From positions 160,001-224,000 of the forward strand of contig JBHLJY010000002.1 of NCBI GenBank assembly GCA_048887225.1: a stretch of DNA of 64,000 bases, in the 5' to 3' direction. Below are positions 20,523 to 30,697 of this stretch, piece after piece. A program made the position numbers and the translations under genes. The notes under the pieces were generated by a model. The model had not been told where the DNA came from and searched no databases. It saw nothing but the letters and a program-made list of their open reading frames with translations. Each line of letters starts with the position of its first letter. Positions within the stretch are counted from its first letter, which is position 1. The DNA is from Candidatus Hodarchaeota archaeon (GTDB lineage: Archaea > Asgardarchaeota > Lokiarchaeia > Sigyniarchaeales > SOKP01).

Positions 20523-21368
20523 ATGAAAGATAAAACTCCTCCAAAATATAATATTAAGGATAAAACGCCAAGTAAAGAAGAAACTGTTGTTCCAAGTAAA
20601 ACGCTGCTTAAGAAGTTGAGAGATGAGCAGATAAATTTAGAAAAAGAAAAGATTGAATGGGAGGCTGTAATTAAAAAAGTTGAAGGATATCAAGTATCTT
20701 TGAAAGATCTGGAAAAAAAGAGGAAAATTCTTGAAAATGATATTAGAAATCTTTTAAATGAGAAAGGCAAGTTAAATCGAGATTTAAACGATTTAAAAAA
20801 GGGGATATCTGACGAAGACAAACGACTTCAAGCTGAAGAACGTAATATTGAGGATACTAAAGATAAACTGCTTAAACAAAATGATGAAATAAATAAGAAA
20901 ATGAGAAATTTGAAAAGAAGAGAAAATGAATTAAAGAAACAGGAGAGATATTTGGAAAACGAAAAAAAATACTTAGAAAGGGATCTAAAAAATGAGCAAA
21001 TTCTTTTAAAAGAGATTAGAAGTAAAATTCCAGGATTAGAAAAAAGAAAAAATTCATTAGAAAACAAGGTTAGAATCCTAGAAAATAAAATGCAAGTGTT
21101 AAAAAACGATACAAAAAGAATCGAAAATGAAAAGAATAGAATAGAATCATACATCCAAAATGAGAAAAGCAAAATAGAAAAAGAAAAAATTAATATTCAA
21201 AACGATAAGAATAATATCAAACGCGAAAGAAATAAATTAGCAAGCGAAAAAGAAAAATTAAGAAGCGATCGTAGTAAATTAGAGGTGGAAATTAGAAAAA
21301 TTAAATCTGTACCTAAACAAAAAATGTTAAAACAAAAAATAAAAACTAAAACTCCACCAAGAGAATGA
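20523..21368 (+). CDS. Basic coiled-coil protein
   Basis: Continuous heptads; KDKTP/KTKTP motifs at both ends. Confidence 0.75.
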   Translation: MKDKTPPKYNIKDKTPSKEETVVPSKTLLKKLRDEQINLEKEKIEWEAVIKKVEGYQVSLKDLEKKRKILENDIRNLLNEKGKLNRDLNDLKKGISDEDKRLQAEERNIEDTKDKLLKQNDEINKKMRNLKRRENELKKQERYLENEKKYLERDLKNEQILLKEIRSKIPGLEKRKNSLENKVRILENKMQVLKNDTKRIENEKNRIESYIQNEKSKIEKEKINIQNDKNNIKRERNKLASEKEKLRSDRSKLEVEIRKIKSVPKQKMLKQKIKTKTPPRE

Positions 21369-21430
21369 TCTCAATTCAATTTTATTGCAATATCCAGATA
21401 ATATGCAAATAAAATTAAATGTGATTGCTT

Positions 21431-23506
21431 TTAATCCTCCTTATATACATCTTCTTGATCAGTATAAATACCTGCGTTTGGATCGAGAAATTGGTTTTGG
21501 CACGCAGGACAGGAGTTATATTTTGATAACCAAAATGCTACGCATAAATAATGATAAATTGCTTCACAAAAAGGACATTTTATTATCTGTTCTTTTGCAA
21601 AATCAAATTTTTTATGACAAACTCCACATTTTATTTTGTCTGAGGTGATCCCTTCTCTAACTTTTACTCTCTCAGATAATGTTATTTCTAAATTAGTTAA
21701 TTCTGTTCGGTATAGATCTATTTCATTACTTAAATTCTTAACTCTTGATTTAATTTCAATTATTCTCTCGTTTAATTCCTCTTCTGTTAATTTATCGAAT
21801 AAAAAGGTTGATAACGCAAAATTTAATGGCATAGTATCAATGGTATCTTTTTGGTCTGTAATTTCTGTTATGCGTTCAAGCATTAAATCTTCTTCCTCAA
21901 TTAGCTCCTTAAAATTTTTAAATAACTTATTAAGTATCATAGACAATAAAAAGGTTAATTGCTGTTTTTTAAAATTGAAATTATCTTCCCATTGCTTAAT
22001 AATTTGATAGATATCGATGTCCTTTTCTTTATATAAATCTATTTTTTTATAAACATCATCCTTAATTTTCTGAATCCTAGATTTATACTTACTAAGAATT
22101 TCACGAATTTGTTTTAATTGAGGAAACTCTTCCCGTACTATTAAAGCTGTTTCATCTTGATATCTACTCATTAAATCATTAACTTCCGAAATCTTTTCAT
22201 AAATAAAATTCCTAACATGATCACGCAATCGTTCTTTTCTAACTGATTTTAAATAATATAAATACTCTTCTTTCCTTCGTGTTATTTCAGTAAGAACATT
22301 ATCAATAATTTTTTCATATGAACTTGTTATTTCCCTGTATGGTTCCAAAGAAGATTCAAAATCTCCGAAATGACGACTTAATTCCTCTAATAACGAATAA
22401 AAGATATCAACTTTTTCAGAATAATACTTAATGACATTTTTAAACTCGTCGTACTCTTTCAAATCGCTAATTGTAGCTTGATATTTCTTTTCTAAACCAC
22501 TTAAGTAATAATCTGCTATTTGGGGTAAATATTGGCTAATTTTTTGTTCTAAAACAGTTTTTAAATTTATTTTCTTTTTACCCTCTTCTAATGTAAAATT
22601 CTTATCTAACTCATTTATTTCAACTAAAATTGCCTTAAATTTATTTTCGATTAGAGATTTAACAATTGGACGAATGAATTTTTTTAATTTCTGAATAATC
22701 TCTTTTCTATCTACAATATTTATATATTCATCGTTATCCTTTCCCTCTTTAAATTCTTCAATTATTGTGTTCTGAAATAGAAGAAAAATTAAATCAGAAT
22801 AAATATCAATTTTCCCGTCTTGTTTTTTGTTATAAAATTGATATATATCAGCAAAATATAATGTTATATATACTCCCTTTTTTTTCTTTTTCTTTTTTTT
22901 ACTAACCTCTTGATTAGAATCTTCAATGAAATCGTAAAGTTCCTTTATTTCATTCCATTTTGTTAACGCACTTGGAAACTCGTTAATCTTTAAGTTTAAA
23001 TTTTTTATTTTATTTGCTTCAATCCAAATATACGAAATATTATCATAAAGACCCTCAAACTTATATTGAGATTTCTCAAGTTCTGAATAAAGTTCATTAA
23101 ATTCATCAATAAGACCTTGAGTTGTTATTAAAAACTCATCTAAAAATGAATTGTGTTTCAAAAATCTCTTAATATTTCGACAATTTAATTTAAGATTTAG
23201 TAAATTATTTGAATAGAGCTTAATCTCTTTTAAAATTCCTAATTTTAAATTATGAAAATTATATTTTTCAGAAATGTCTTTAGGTGTTAAATATATGGCA
23301 GCAAAATCTCTTATTTCTTCAAAATAAATTGAGTAATAATCGAGAATTTTTCTTTGGAATTTTGTCTTTAAAAAATCATCAATCTCAGGTGAATCTGGCT
23401 TTTCTTTCTTAAATTTATCTATACTTCTTTTAATATCTAATATATCTTCTTTAGAAAATCCTTTTATTTCCCGAACATCGTTAAAAACATTATCAGTTAA
23501 TTTCAA
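21431..23506 (-). CDS. Helical/coiled-coil protein with C-terminal RING finger (C4HC3; putative E3)
   Basis: CGVC...CPFCEAIYHYLC...FW...CPAC. Confidence 0.85.
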   Translation of the reverse strand: MKLTDNVFNDVREIKGFSKEDILDIKRSIDKFKKEKPDSPEIDDFLKTKFQRKILDYYSIYFEEIRDFAAIYLTPKDISEKYNFHNLKLGILKEIKLYSNNLLNLKLNCRNIKRFLKHNSFLDEFLITTQGLIDEFNELYSELEKSQYKFEGLYDNISYIWIEANKIKNLNLKINEFPSALTKWNEIKELYDFIEDSNQEVSKKKKKKKKGVYITLYFADIYQFYNKKQDGKIDIYSDLIFLLFQNTIIEEFKEGKDNDEYINIVDRKEIIQKLKKFIRPIVKSLIENKFKAILVEINELDKNFTLEEGKKKINLKTVLEQKISQYLPQIADYYLSGLEKKYQATISDLKEYDEFKNVIKYYSEKVDIFYSLLEELSRHFGDFESSLEPYREITSSYEKIIDNVLTEITRRKEEYLYYLKSVRKERLRDHVRNFIYEKISEVNDLMSRYQDETALIVREEFPQLKQIREILSKYKSRIQKIKDDVYKKIDLYKEKDIDIYQIIKQWEDNFNFKKQQLTFLLSMILNKLFKNFKELIEEEDLMLERITEITDQKDTIDTMPLNFALSTFLFDKLTEEELNERIIEIKSRVKNLSNEIDLYRTELTNLEITLSERVKVREGITSDKIKCGVCHKKFDFAKEQIIKCPFCEAIYHYLCVAFWLSKYNSCPACQNQFLDPNAGIYTDQEDVYKED

Positions 23507-23622
23507 AATAAAGACACCTTAATCAGCAAGATGTTCTATAGCAAAATTGCCGTTAGTTAGTCTAGTAGTGATAAAATGGAAAAATTTTAAATTTTTCTAT
23601 TCAAAAAAAAGCGTTTAAAAAA

Positions 23623-24240
23623 TTATTCCCCAAGTTCTTTAATTTCAATGTGTTTTTCTATGGCTCCATCTTTAGTTATCGTTAAAATATCAATCCCATC
23701 CCCCGACATTGCATCTCGTGCTATCGCTGCTCTAATTGCTTTTTCTACTAATGCTTCACCCGCCTCAACGCTCATATCAGGTTTATATTCAGCTTCGAGG
23801 ATTCCTATTGATAGCAGCATTCCTGTGCCGGCAGTACCATAATCGTCTGGCATTAGCGAGCCAATTGCGTCAAGTGTGTAGAGTTTAGGACCATCTTTGT
23901 CCATTCCCGCAATTACTAAATTAGTATATAGTGGAAACATTTTTCGTGAATATAAATAATTTGAAACTAATTTCCCCATACTCTTTGTTGATATCCTCTT
24001 CCCAGCATCTAATAAATATAAATTAGCTTGTGCCTTCATAATCTTTACTAAAATTTGCCAGTCTCCGATAAGACCATACGCAGCTAAGCCAATATTATCT
24101 GTTATCTTAAATACTTTTCTCGTTGATTTGTTTGCTACTGTATATCCCCACGTCGCTCTATTATCGTTGCCAAGGACAACTCCATCAAGACATTTAATTG
24201 CTACTCCACATGCGCCAGGTACAATAATTTGCTGTGCCAT
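23623..24240 (-). CDS. psmB: 20S proteasome beta subunit, probably non-catalytic
   Basis: DGVVLGNDNRAT, KVFKITDNIG, LYTLDAIGS, GILEAEY, RDAMSGDG; lacks Thr1. Confidence 0.93.
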   Translation of the reverse strand: MAQQIIVPGACGVAIKCLDGVVLGNDNRATWGYTVANKSTRKVFKITDNIGLAAYGLIGDWQILVKIMKAQANLYLLDAGKRISTKSMGKLVSNYLYSRKMFPLYTNLVIAGMDKDGPKLYTLDAIGSLMPDDYGTAGTGMLLSIGILEAEYKPDMSVEAGEALVEKAIRAAIARDAMSGDGIDILTITKDGAIEKHIEIKELGE

Positions 24241-25106
24241 TTTTTTCCACTCTTATGTGTTCAATATCATAAAGTTATTGAAAACATATAAGGTTAATCT
24301 TAATACTCTAAAGTTGTAGAGACTTTTGTGAGTTTGATTTAATTTCTCCAATAATGGTTTGATTAAATCAAGATCATTATTTAATTAATAAAAAAACAAG
24401 TCAAAAGGGCAATTTCTAAGAGAAGAAGAGCCACAAGCGAATTCTCTGATTAAGATATTCATAAATTTTACCTGCAAAAATTAGTAATTTCATTGGAAGC
24501 ATCAATATATCGAAGAATATAACAATATATTAGGCAATTAATAATCTTAAAATCTCATTTACCATTTATTTAAAAGGTCTAATCTTTAGTTTTACTGCTC
24601 AATTTAGTACTTACTCATTGTCTTAGATCAAATTACAAAATATCACAATCATTTCCCTTATTTCTCATTTAGAAATTATTTTTACTTATCATTTCAATCA
24701 TAACATATTTTCAATGATCATAATATTAATGGTATGATATTTTATTACGAATGAAATAATTTTATTCAAAATTTTTTAATTCTCCATAAAATCATATAAA
24801 AACTATAATTAGATATAAATTTATCATAATCAAGATCCCTATTAGTTTTATTGTAAAAAATTTATGTCATCTTTTTAAATTGATCATTGATCGAATAATG
24901 ACAGAGTTTTTTTTAATTATATAGAGGTATCAAAATTTTTGTCGAAATTTTTTTAAGTAACTTCTTCATATTCTTCACGAATATACATAATATTTAAATA
25001 GCACTTCGATTATAATAATAACTAAGAACTTTACAAAAATAATTAAAAAAAAATTAAAAACCTAAATTTTAAAAAAAATTTTACAATTTTAAAGGAGGAA
25101 TAAAAA

Positions 25107-25325
25107 ATGGCTAAAAAGAAACATAGCTTTGCATGGAGTCCAATTCGAAGACTCATGAAGCAACAAGGAGCTAGCATTGTAGCGAGAAATGCAGTCGATT
25201 TATTAATCGATCATTTAGAAAAAACTGCCACTGGTTTAACTGAACAAGCTCGAGCCTTTACCATGCATGCTAACAGAAAGAAAATTACCAAGAATGATCT
25301 CTTATTATCGATTAAATACAAATAG
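25107..25325 (+). CDS. Archaeal histone (HMf-like)
   Basis: PIRRLMKQQGA...HANRKKITKNDL histone fold; AGGAGG RBS. Confidence 0.92.
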   Translation: MAKKKHSFAWSPIRRLMKQQGASIVARNAVDLLIDHLEKTATGLTEQARAFTMHANRKKITKNDLLLSIKYK

Positions 25326-25352
25326 AGATATTTCGTGAGAATTAGCTTTAAT

Positions 25353-25380
25353 TTTATTTATCTTATTTTTTTTTTCTTTT
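25353..25380 (+). terminator. Oligo-T archaeal-type terminator after the histone gene
   Basis: Long T tracts about 30-55 nt after the stop codon. Confidence 0.45.
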
Positions 25381-25527
25381 ATACTTAATTGAAGTTTCTT
25401 AAAGTTATTTCAAAATTAAATAAAAAAAAAATAAGGTTCGATAACAATCGTAAAAAGAGATTTTTACTAATTTTTATTTACTACTTATGTTATATTATGC
25501 TTTGTAGATTTACACTTATCCATAAAG

Positions 25528-25791
25528 TTAATAGCGATAATTTCGTCTACCACCTTTATTATATGGATTATATTGTCGAGGAGCTTTTTCGATAACGACA
25601 ACATTACTCGCTTGTGGCCCTTTTTGACCTTCAACAATATCAAACTCAACCTTGTCATTTTCATTTAGCGCTTTATATTCTTCATCCCCCGCCAATGCTG
25701 AGTAATGAACAAATACATCATTCCCCTCTTCAGAGCTTATAAATCCATAGCCTTTTCGGCTATTAAACCATTTTACTGTTCCTTTTACCAA
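25528..25791 (-). CDS. Cold-shock domain protein with Arg/Tyr/Gly tail
   Basis: [32 protein letters not shown]; TTG start uncertain (25791 or 25803). Confidence 0.95.
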   Translation of the reverse strand: MVKGTVKWFNSRKGYGFISSEEGNDVFVHYSALAGDEEYKALNENDKVEFDIVEGQKGPQASNVVVIEKAPRQYNPYNKGGRRNYRY

Positions 25792-25920
25792 ATTTAAAAC
25801 CAAATTTCAATTTTTGAAAAATTAATTTAATTCTCAAAGAATTAATAATGAAAAGAATCTAAGGAAAATAAACCTTTCTATTCAACTTTATTCATTTATG
25901 AATTTTTATTAACCTCGAGA

Positions 25921-25961
25921 GATTAATTCAGCGGTTATCACGTCAATTTGCTGAATTAATC
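25921..25961. repeat. Perfect 12-bp inverted repeat
   Basis: GATTAATTCAGC (25921-32) / GCTGAATTAATC (25950-61), 17-nt spacer. Confidence 0.85.
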
Positions 25962-26069
25962 CATTAGGAAAAAACATTTTTTCCGTCCTTTTTTCGATAT
26001 AAATATTAAAAAGGATTTGAGTTTTAATCTAATTTATTAAAACTATAAAATAAAAATGGAGGTAGAAAT

Positions 26070-26879
26070 ATGGCTTACAAGAATATTTTATATGAAAAGG
26101 AAAACCATGTTGTAATAATAACAATTAATCGTCCAGAAGTCCGTAATTGCATCAATAATGAAACTAATTTGGAATTACAAAATGCTTGGAAGGCTTTCCG
26201 TGATGACGATGATGCTTTTGTTGCTATATACACTGGAGCCGGAGATATCGCCTTTTCTGCTGGATGGGATCTTAAAGACGCCGCAGCGCTTGATACAATG
26301 GCCAACTATGATCAATTTCGAGTTGCTGTTCATAATATTGAAGGGTGGTGTGGATATACTAAAAAATTTGATATATTTAAACCAATTATAGCTGCTGTAA
26401 ATGGTTATACATATGCCGCTGGTCTTGAAAATTGTCTTCTGGCTGACATACGCATTGCTTCTGAAAATGCTAAATTTGGTGCTACAGAAAGGAGATGGAA
26501 TATTGTTGCTGGTGATGGTCTATGTGTGAGATTACCACTTGTAGTTGGATATGCTCGAGCTTTAGAACTCATTATAACAGGTAAAGTAATTGACGCCCAA
26601 GAAGCATATCGTATAGGTTTGGTAAATGAAGTGGTTCCTCTTGAGAAATTAATGGAAAGAGCAAAAGAATTGGCACTATCGATATGCAAATTGCCCCAAG
26701 GTTCAATTCGAACTGATAAGGAGTCTGTAATCCGTTCTATTGGTAGAACAGTCGAAGAGAGGACTTTTATTGAAACCGAAGGAGTATTATCGATGTTTCT
26801 AAGGGGCGACAAACATACTGAAGGTGCTAAAGCTTTTCTCCAGAAAAGAGGTCCTGAATGGAAGGGACATGGATTATAA
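26070..26879 (+). CDS. Enoyl-CoA hydratase/isomerase (crotonase family)
   Basis: ITINRPEVRN, FSAGWDL, KPIIAAVNG, DIRIASENAKFG. Confidence 0.93.
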   Translation: MAYKNILYEKENHVVIITINRPEVRNCINNETNLELQNAWKAFRDDDDAFVAIYTGAGDIAFSAGWDLKDAAALDTMANYDQFRVAVHNIEGWCGYTKKFDIFKPIIAAVNGYTYAAGLENCLLADIRIASENAKFGATERRWNIVAGDGLCVRLPLVVGYARALELIITGKVIDAQEAYRIGLVNEVVPLEKLMERAKELALSICKLPQGSIRTDKESVIRSIGRTVEERTFIETEGVLSMFLRGDKHTEGAKAFLQKRGPEWKGHGL

Positions 26880-26889
26880 ATTATATCCC

Positions 26890-28080
26890 TTATAATTCTT
26901 TATATTCGTCGAGAATCTTATTTGCAACATCTTTAGTATTACCATACTTTCCTTCCTTTCTATATTTTGGTGGTACGGCATCTCTAGGCAAAGTTTTCCA
27001 ATTTTTTTCTACATCAAGCCCTCCAGCTAAAGTATTTTCTAATGCTTTCATTAACTTTTTCGATTCATTTTCAAACCCTAAATAATCAAGCATCATTGTA
27101 GCAGAAATTATGGTAGCAGCAGGATTTGCAATTTTCTTACCGGCTATATCAGGAGCAGAACCATGAGTAGGTTCGAAATATGGGATTTTTGAACCATAAA
27201 CACCCGAGCCAGCAACTCCTAATCCTCCCACTATTTGAGCGGCTTCATCACTCAATATATCACCCATCATATTTGGAAGAACAATAGTATCATGGTAATT
27301 AGGAAATCTAATCAATCTAGCTGCAAAATCATCAACAATATATGTCTCAACTTTTATTTCAGGGAATTCATTCTCAGCTATTTTTCTAATTCTCTTTATG
27401 AACATGCCATCTTGGGTGCGAAATATATTCGGCTTACATACAATTTCGAGCAAGCCTTTTCCAATTCCCTCATTCTTGCGTTTCATACACATTTCACATG
27501 CAACATGCCCTACCCTGTCTGTTGCTTGAGGGGATACTATTCTTAAACTGTATATTGCTTTTTCAGTCCATCTTTCAATATCTGGCTTATAAATTAGTCC
27601 CTTTTTAATCAACTTTGTTAATTTTCCTTCTTTACCAACCGCTGCATAGCTGCCCTGTGTACATTCTCTTATAAAGGTATAATCTATATTTTCAACTAAA
27701 TCTAGTTTGAGATTAGTGTTCATTCCTTTAAAGTATTTAATAGGTCTGATATTGGCATAATTTCCAAGACCCCATCGTAAATATGCAATTACTTGGATAG
27801 CAGTTTCATGGGTAGCCCCAAATAAAACAGCATCACTTTTATCTACTGCTTTCCTTGTTTCTGGGGGAAACGCATTCCCGTGAGTTTCCATGGCACTCTC
27901 TCCACATGGCATTTTTTTTATTTCTAATCCATTAATGTTCATTCCTTCTAAAACGAGAACTGTCGCATTAACCACTGTTGGACCTATTCCATCACCCCCT
28001 AAGGCTGTGACAATCTTTTTTGGTTTATGAATATTAGGACTTTTTAGCACGCTTTTATATTCTCCTGTCATTATTTTCAC
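26890..28080 (-). CDS. Isopropylmalate/homoisocitrate dehydrogenase family
   Basis: GDGIGP, NMMGDILSD, FEPTHGSAPDIAGK. Confidence 0.92.
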   Translation of the reverse strand: MKIMTGEYKSVLKSPNIHKPKKIVTALGGDGIGPTVVNATVLVLEGMNINGLEIKKMPCGESAMETHGNAFPPETRKAVDKSDAVLFGATHETAIQVIAYLRWGLGNYANIRPIKYFKGMNTNLKLDLVENIDYTFIRECTQGSYAAVGKEGKLTKLIKKGLIYKPDIERWTEKAIYSLRIVSPQATDRVGHVACEMCMKRKNEGIGKGLLEIVCKPNIFRTQDGMFIKRIRKIAENEFPEIKVETYIVDDFAARLIRFPNYHDTIVLPNMMGDILSDEAAQIVGGLGVAGSGVYGSKIPYFEPTHGSAPDIAGKKIANPAATIISATMMLDYLGFENESKKLMKALENTLAGGLDVEKNWKTLPRDAVPPKYRKEGKYGNTKDVANKILDEYKEL

Positions 28081-28082
28081 TC

Positions 28083-28613
28083 TTATCTAGCCTTTAATTC
28101 ATCAATTAGTTGCTTTTCTAAACCTCCTTTTTTCAGAAGATCTAACAGAAGTGGATGAATTTTTTTACCTCTTATCTTTTTATCAGTTCTTAAATTAGTT
28201 ATTTCCGCATTAGGGATATTAATTTCAATCTTATCTCCCGTATCGAATTCCTTAGAGATTCCTTCCACCTCCAAAATAGGAAGTGCTCGGGCAAAAGAAG
28301 ATCTATAAAAAATTCGAGCAAATGACTCTGCTACTATTGCTGCTATACCTTTTTCTTGAAGGATAATAGGTGCAGTTTCTCTGCTCGAGCCACACCCAAA
28401 ATTTCTTCCCGCAATAATGATATCTCCATCTTTAACTTGACTCGGAAATTCTTTAATTAAAGTTTCGCAAGTATGATCCAACGTTCCTTGTAAATCATCG
28501 AAATATTTACTAGGTGAAATTGCGTCTGTATCTACATTATCTGGAAAAACCCAAACTTTTCCTTTTAAAATATCTTTATATTCTTTAATTGCTTTTGATC
28601 CCATTATTGCCAT
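28083..28613 (-). CDS. Isopropylmalate dehydratase/homoaconitase small subunit
   Basis: NVDTDAI, GRNFGCGSSRE, ESFARIFYR. Confidence 0.93.
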   Translation of the reverse strand: MAIMGSKAIKEYKDILKGKVWVFPDNVDTDAISPSKYFDDLQGTLDHTCETLIKEFPSQVKDGDIIIAGRNFGCGSSRETAPIILQEKGIAAIVAESFARIFYRSSFARALPILEVEGISKEFDTGDKIEINIPNAEITNLRTDKKIRGKKIHPLLLDLLKKGGLEKQLIDELKAR

Positions 28614-28624
28614 TTAAATCACTC

Positions 28625-29893
28625 TCAATATTCTCTCGGGTCTGTTATTTCTCCTTTCAAAGCCGAAGCAGCGACAGTAGCAGGAGAACCTAAATAAATT
28701 TCTGCTGCTGGGCTTCCCATACGGCCTTGAAAATTTCTATTAGAACTAGAGATACATTTTTCACTTGGAGCAAGAATCCCTCCAAGAGCTCCAAAACACG
28801 CACCGCAACTTGGATTTGTAATGATAGCACCTGCCCTAATTAATGTCTCAGCAACACCGGATTTAGCGGCTTTAAGCCAAATTTGTTGTGAAGCAGGAGT
28901 TACGATCATTCGAACATCGTTATGAATTCTCTTTCCTTCTAATATTTTAGCAGCTATTTCTAAATCTTCGAACCTTGCATTGGTACAAGATCCTAAAAAT
29001 GCTTGGTTGATTTTAGTTCCTGCAACTTCAGAAACTGGTTTTACATTATCTATAGTATGTGGACAAGAAATCTGGGGTTCCAAATCACTAACATCCATTT
29101 CATATATCTTTTCATATATTGCGTCAGAATCTGGTTTAACTAATTCACAACGTTTGGAAGTTCTTTCTTTAATCCAATCCACAACTTTTTGATCAGGAAC
29201 TCCAAAAGCAAACTTCGCGCCCAATTCAAGAGCAAAGTTAGAAATTGTCATTCTTGATGCGATGCTTAGGTTTTCCATAGTGTCACCTGTAAATTCTATG
29301 GATTTATATGTTGCAACTTCAGCGGAATAATCACCTGCTATTTTGATAATTATATCCTTGCTCATTACATTATCCGGCAGTTCACCTGTAATATTAAATT
29401 TAATTGAGTGAGGCACTCTAAACCATAATTCTCCTTTTACATATGCGTAAAAGAGATCTGTATTACCAAGACCGCAACTAGCAGCATTAAAAGCGCCATA
29501 TGTAGTAGTATGACTATCACCACCAACTATCAACATTCCAGGTCGTATGTGTCCTTTTTCAGGTAAAACTTGATGACAAATTCCTTCCTTAATATCATAA
29601 AAATTTTTGATTCCTTGCTTTCTGACGAAATTTCGAATAAGATCATGAACTGCTGCCCATCTTTCAGAAGGGGCTGGATTATAATGATCAAAAATTACAA
29701 TGATTTTATTTGGATCGAATACCTTTCGTTTTTTAGAAGGTCTTATCTTATTAAAATCCAACACAACTTTCCCAGTTCCTATATGACTCATTATTAAATC
29801 AAGCTTCGCGATAATGATATCTTCTGGTTTAATATCGCTTCCAGAAAGAGAATGAGCCCCTAAAATTTTTTCCGCAATTGTTTGACCACTCAT
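28625..29893 (-). CDS. Isopropylmalate dehydratase/homoaconitase large subunit
   Basis: FDH, GICHQ, GDSHT, GSCTN, CGAC, NRNFQGRMG. Confidence 0.95.
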   Translation of the reverse strand: MSGQTIAEKILGAHSLSGSDIKPEDIIIAKLDLIMSHIGTGKVVLDFNKIRPSKKRKVFDPNKIIVIFDHYNPAPSERWAAVHDLIRNFVRKQGIKNFYDIKEGICHQVLPEKGHIRPGMLIVGGDSHTTTYGAFNAASCGLGNTDLFYAYVKGELWFRVPHSIKFNITGELPDNVMSKDIIIKIAGDYSAEVATYKSIEFTGDTMENLSIASRMTISNFALELGAKFAFGVPDQKVVDWIKERTSKRCELVKPDSDAIYEKIYEMDVSDLEPQISCPHTIDNVKPVSEVAGTKINQAFLGSCTNARFEDLEIAAKILEGKRIHNDVRMIVTPASQQIWLKAAKSGVAETLIRAGAIITNPSCGACFGALGGILAPSEKCISSSNRNFQGRMGSPAAEIYLGSPATVAASALKGEITDPREY

Positions 29894-30058
29894 TTAATTC
29901 CCTCGAAAAAAAATTATTTAAGATAATTTAAGTTCAAATTTTAACCTTATAGATCTATTAGAAATATATTTATTTTTTCAATTAATTTGAACCATAATAT
30001 ATTTTTTGATAGCATCCTTACATATATTGTATCTTATTAAATCAGAATAGGATTAAAA

Positions 30059-30697
30059 ATGTCCGAAAAAAATACTGCGCAAGTAAATAATAGTGCCAGA
30101 CGTGTTCTTTTTCAATCCATGGATCGTATCTTGACCAATCTTAGGGATAATATGGAGCATCTTAGTAAACCGAAATATTTCAAATATACTCAGAGATTTA
30201 TTGATTTAGTCTACGATGGTCTAAAGAATAAGAGAAGATTCTTTTTATTGGCTTCGGGCAGAAGTGCCTTCATATTACAATGTTTTGCTACAAGATTGGT
30301 TCATTTAGGTGCAGAGGTATATATGATCACGAATTTAGCAAGTATACCAGCATTAAGGAGAAAAGATATATTAATAGTACTATCTGGATCTGGTACAACC
30401 AATATTGTGGTAAGTTTACTTGAAACATATGTAAATACTGTAAAACCTTATGGAATTGTTGCGATAACATCTCATCCTGATACTATTATAGGGCGAATTG
30501 GAGATATAACGATAAAACTCAAAGGTCGAACAAAACGGGATAAAGGAAAAGAGGCTGAAGAGGCCATCCTTACTCCTGAAGGAACGATGTTTGAAGCCGT
30601 TGCATTTACTTACTTGGACGCAGTCATCGCTGAATTAGCAATAAGAATGGGTAAAGCTAACGATGATTTATTAAAGGCGCACTCTGAAACTATATAG
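30059..30697 (+). CDS. SIS-domain 6-phospho-3-hexuloisomerase-like protein
   Basis: SGRS, FATRLVHLG, SGSGTT, PEGTMFE. Confidence 0.85.
   Translation: MSEKNTAQVNNSARRVLFQSMDRILTNLRDNMEHLSKPKYFKYTQRFIDLVYDGLKNKRRFFLLASGRSAFILQCFATRLVHLGAEVYMITNLASIPALRRKDILIVLSGSGTTNIVVSLLETYVNTVKPYGIVAITSHPDTIIGRIGDITIKLKGRTKRDKGKEAEEAILTPEGTMFEAVAFTYLDAVIAELAIRMGKANDDLLKAHSETI

Noticed and set aside
24241-25106. Replication origin
   Set aside because: No ORB repeats or adjacent orc1/cdc6 recognised
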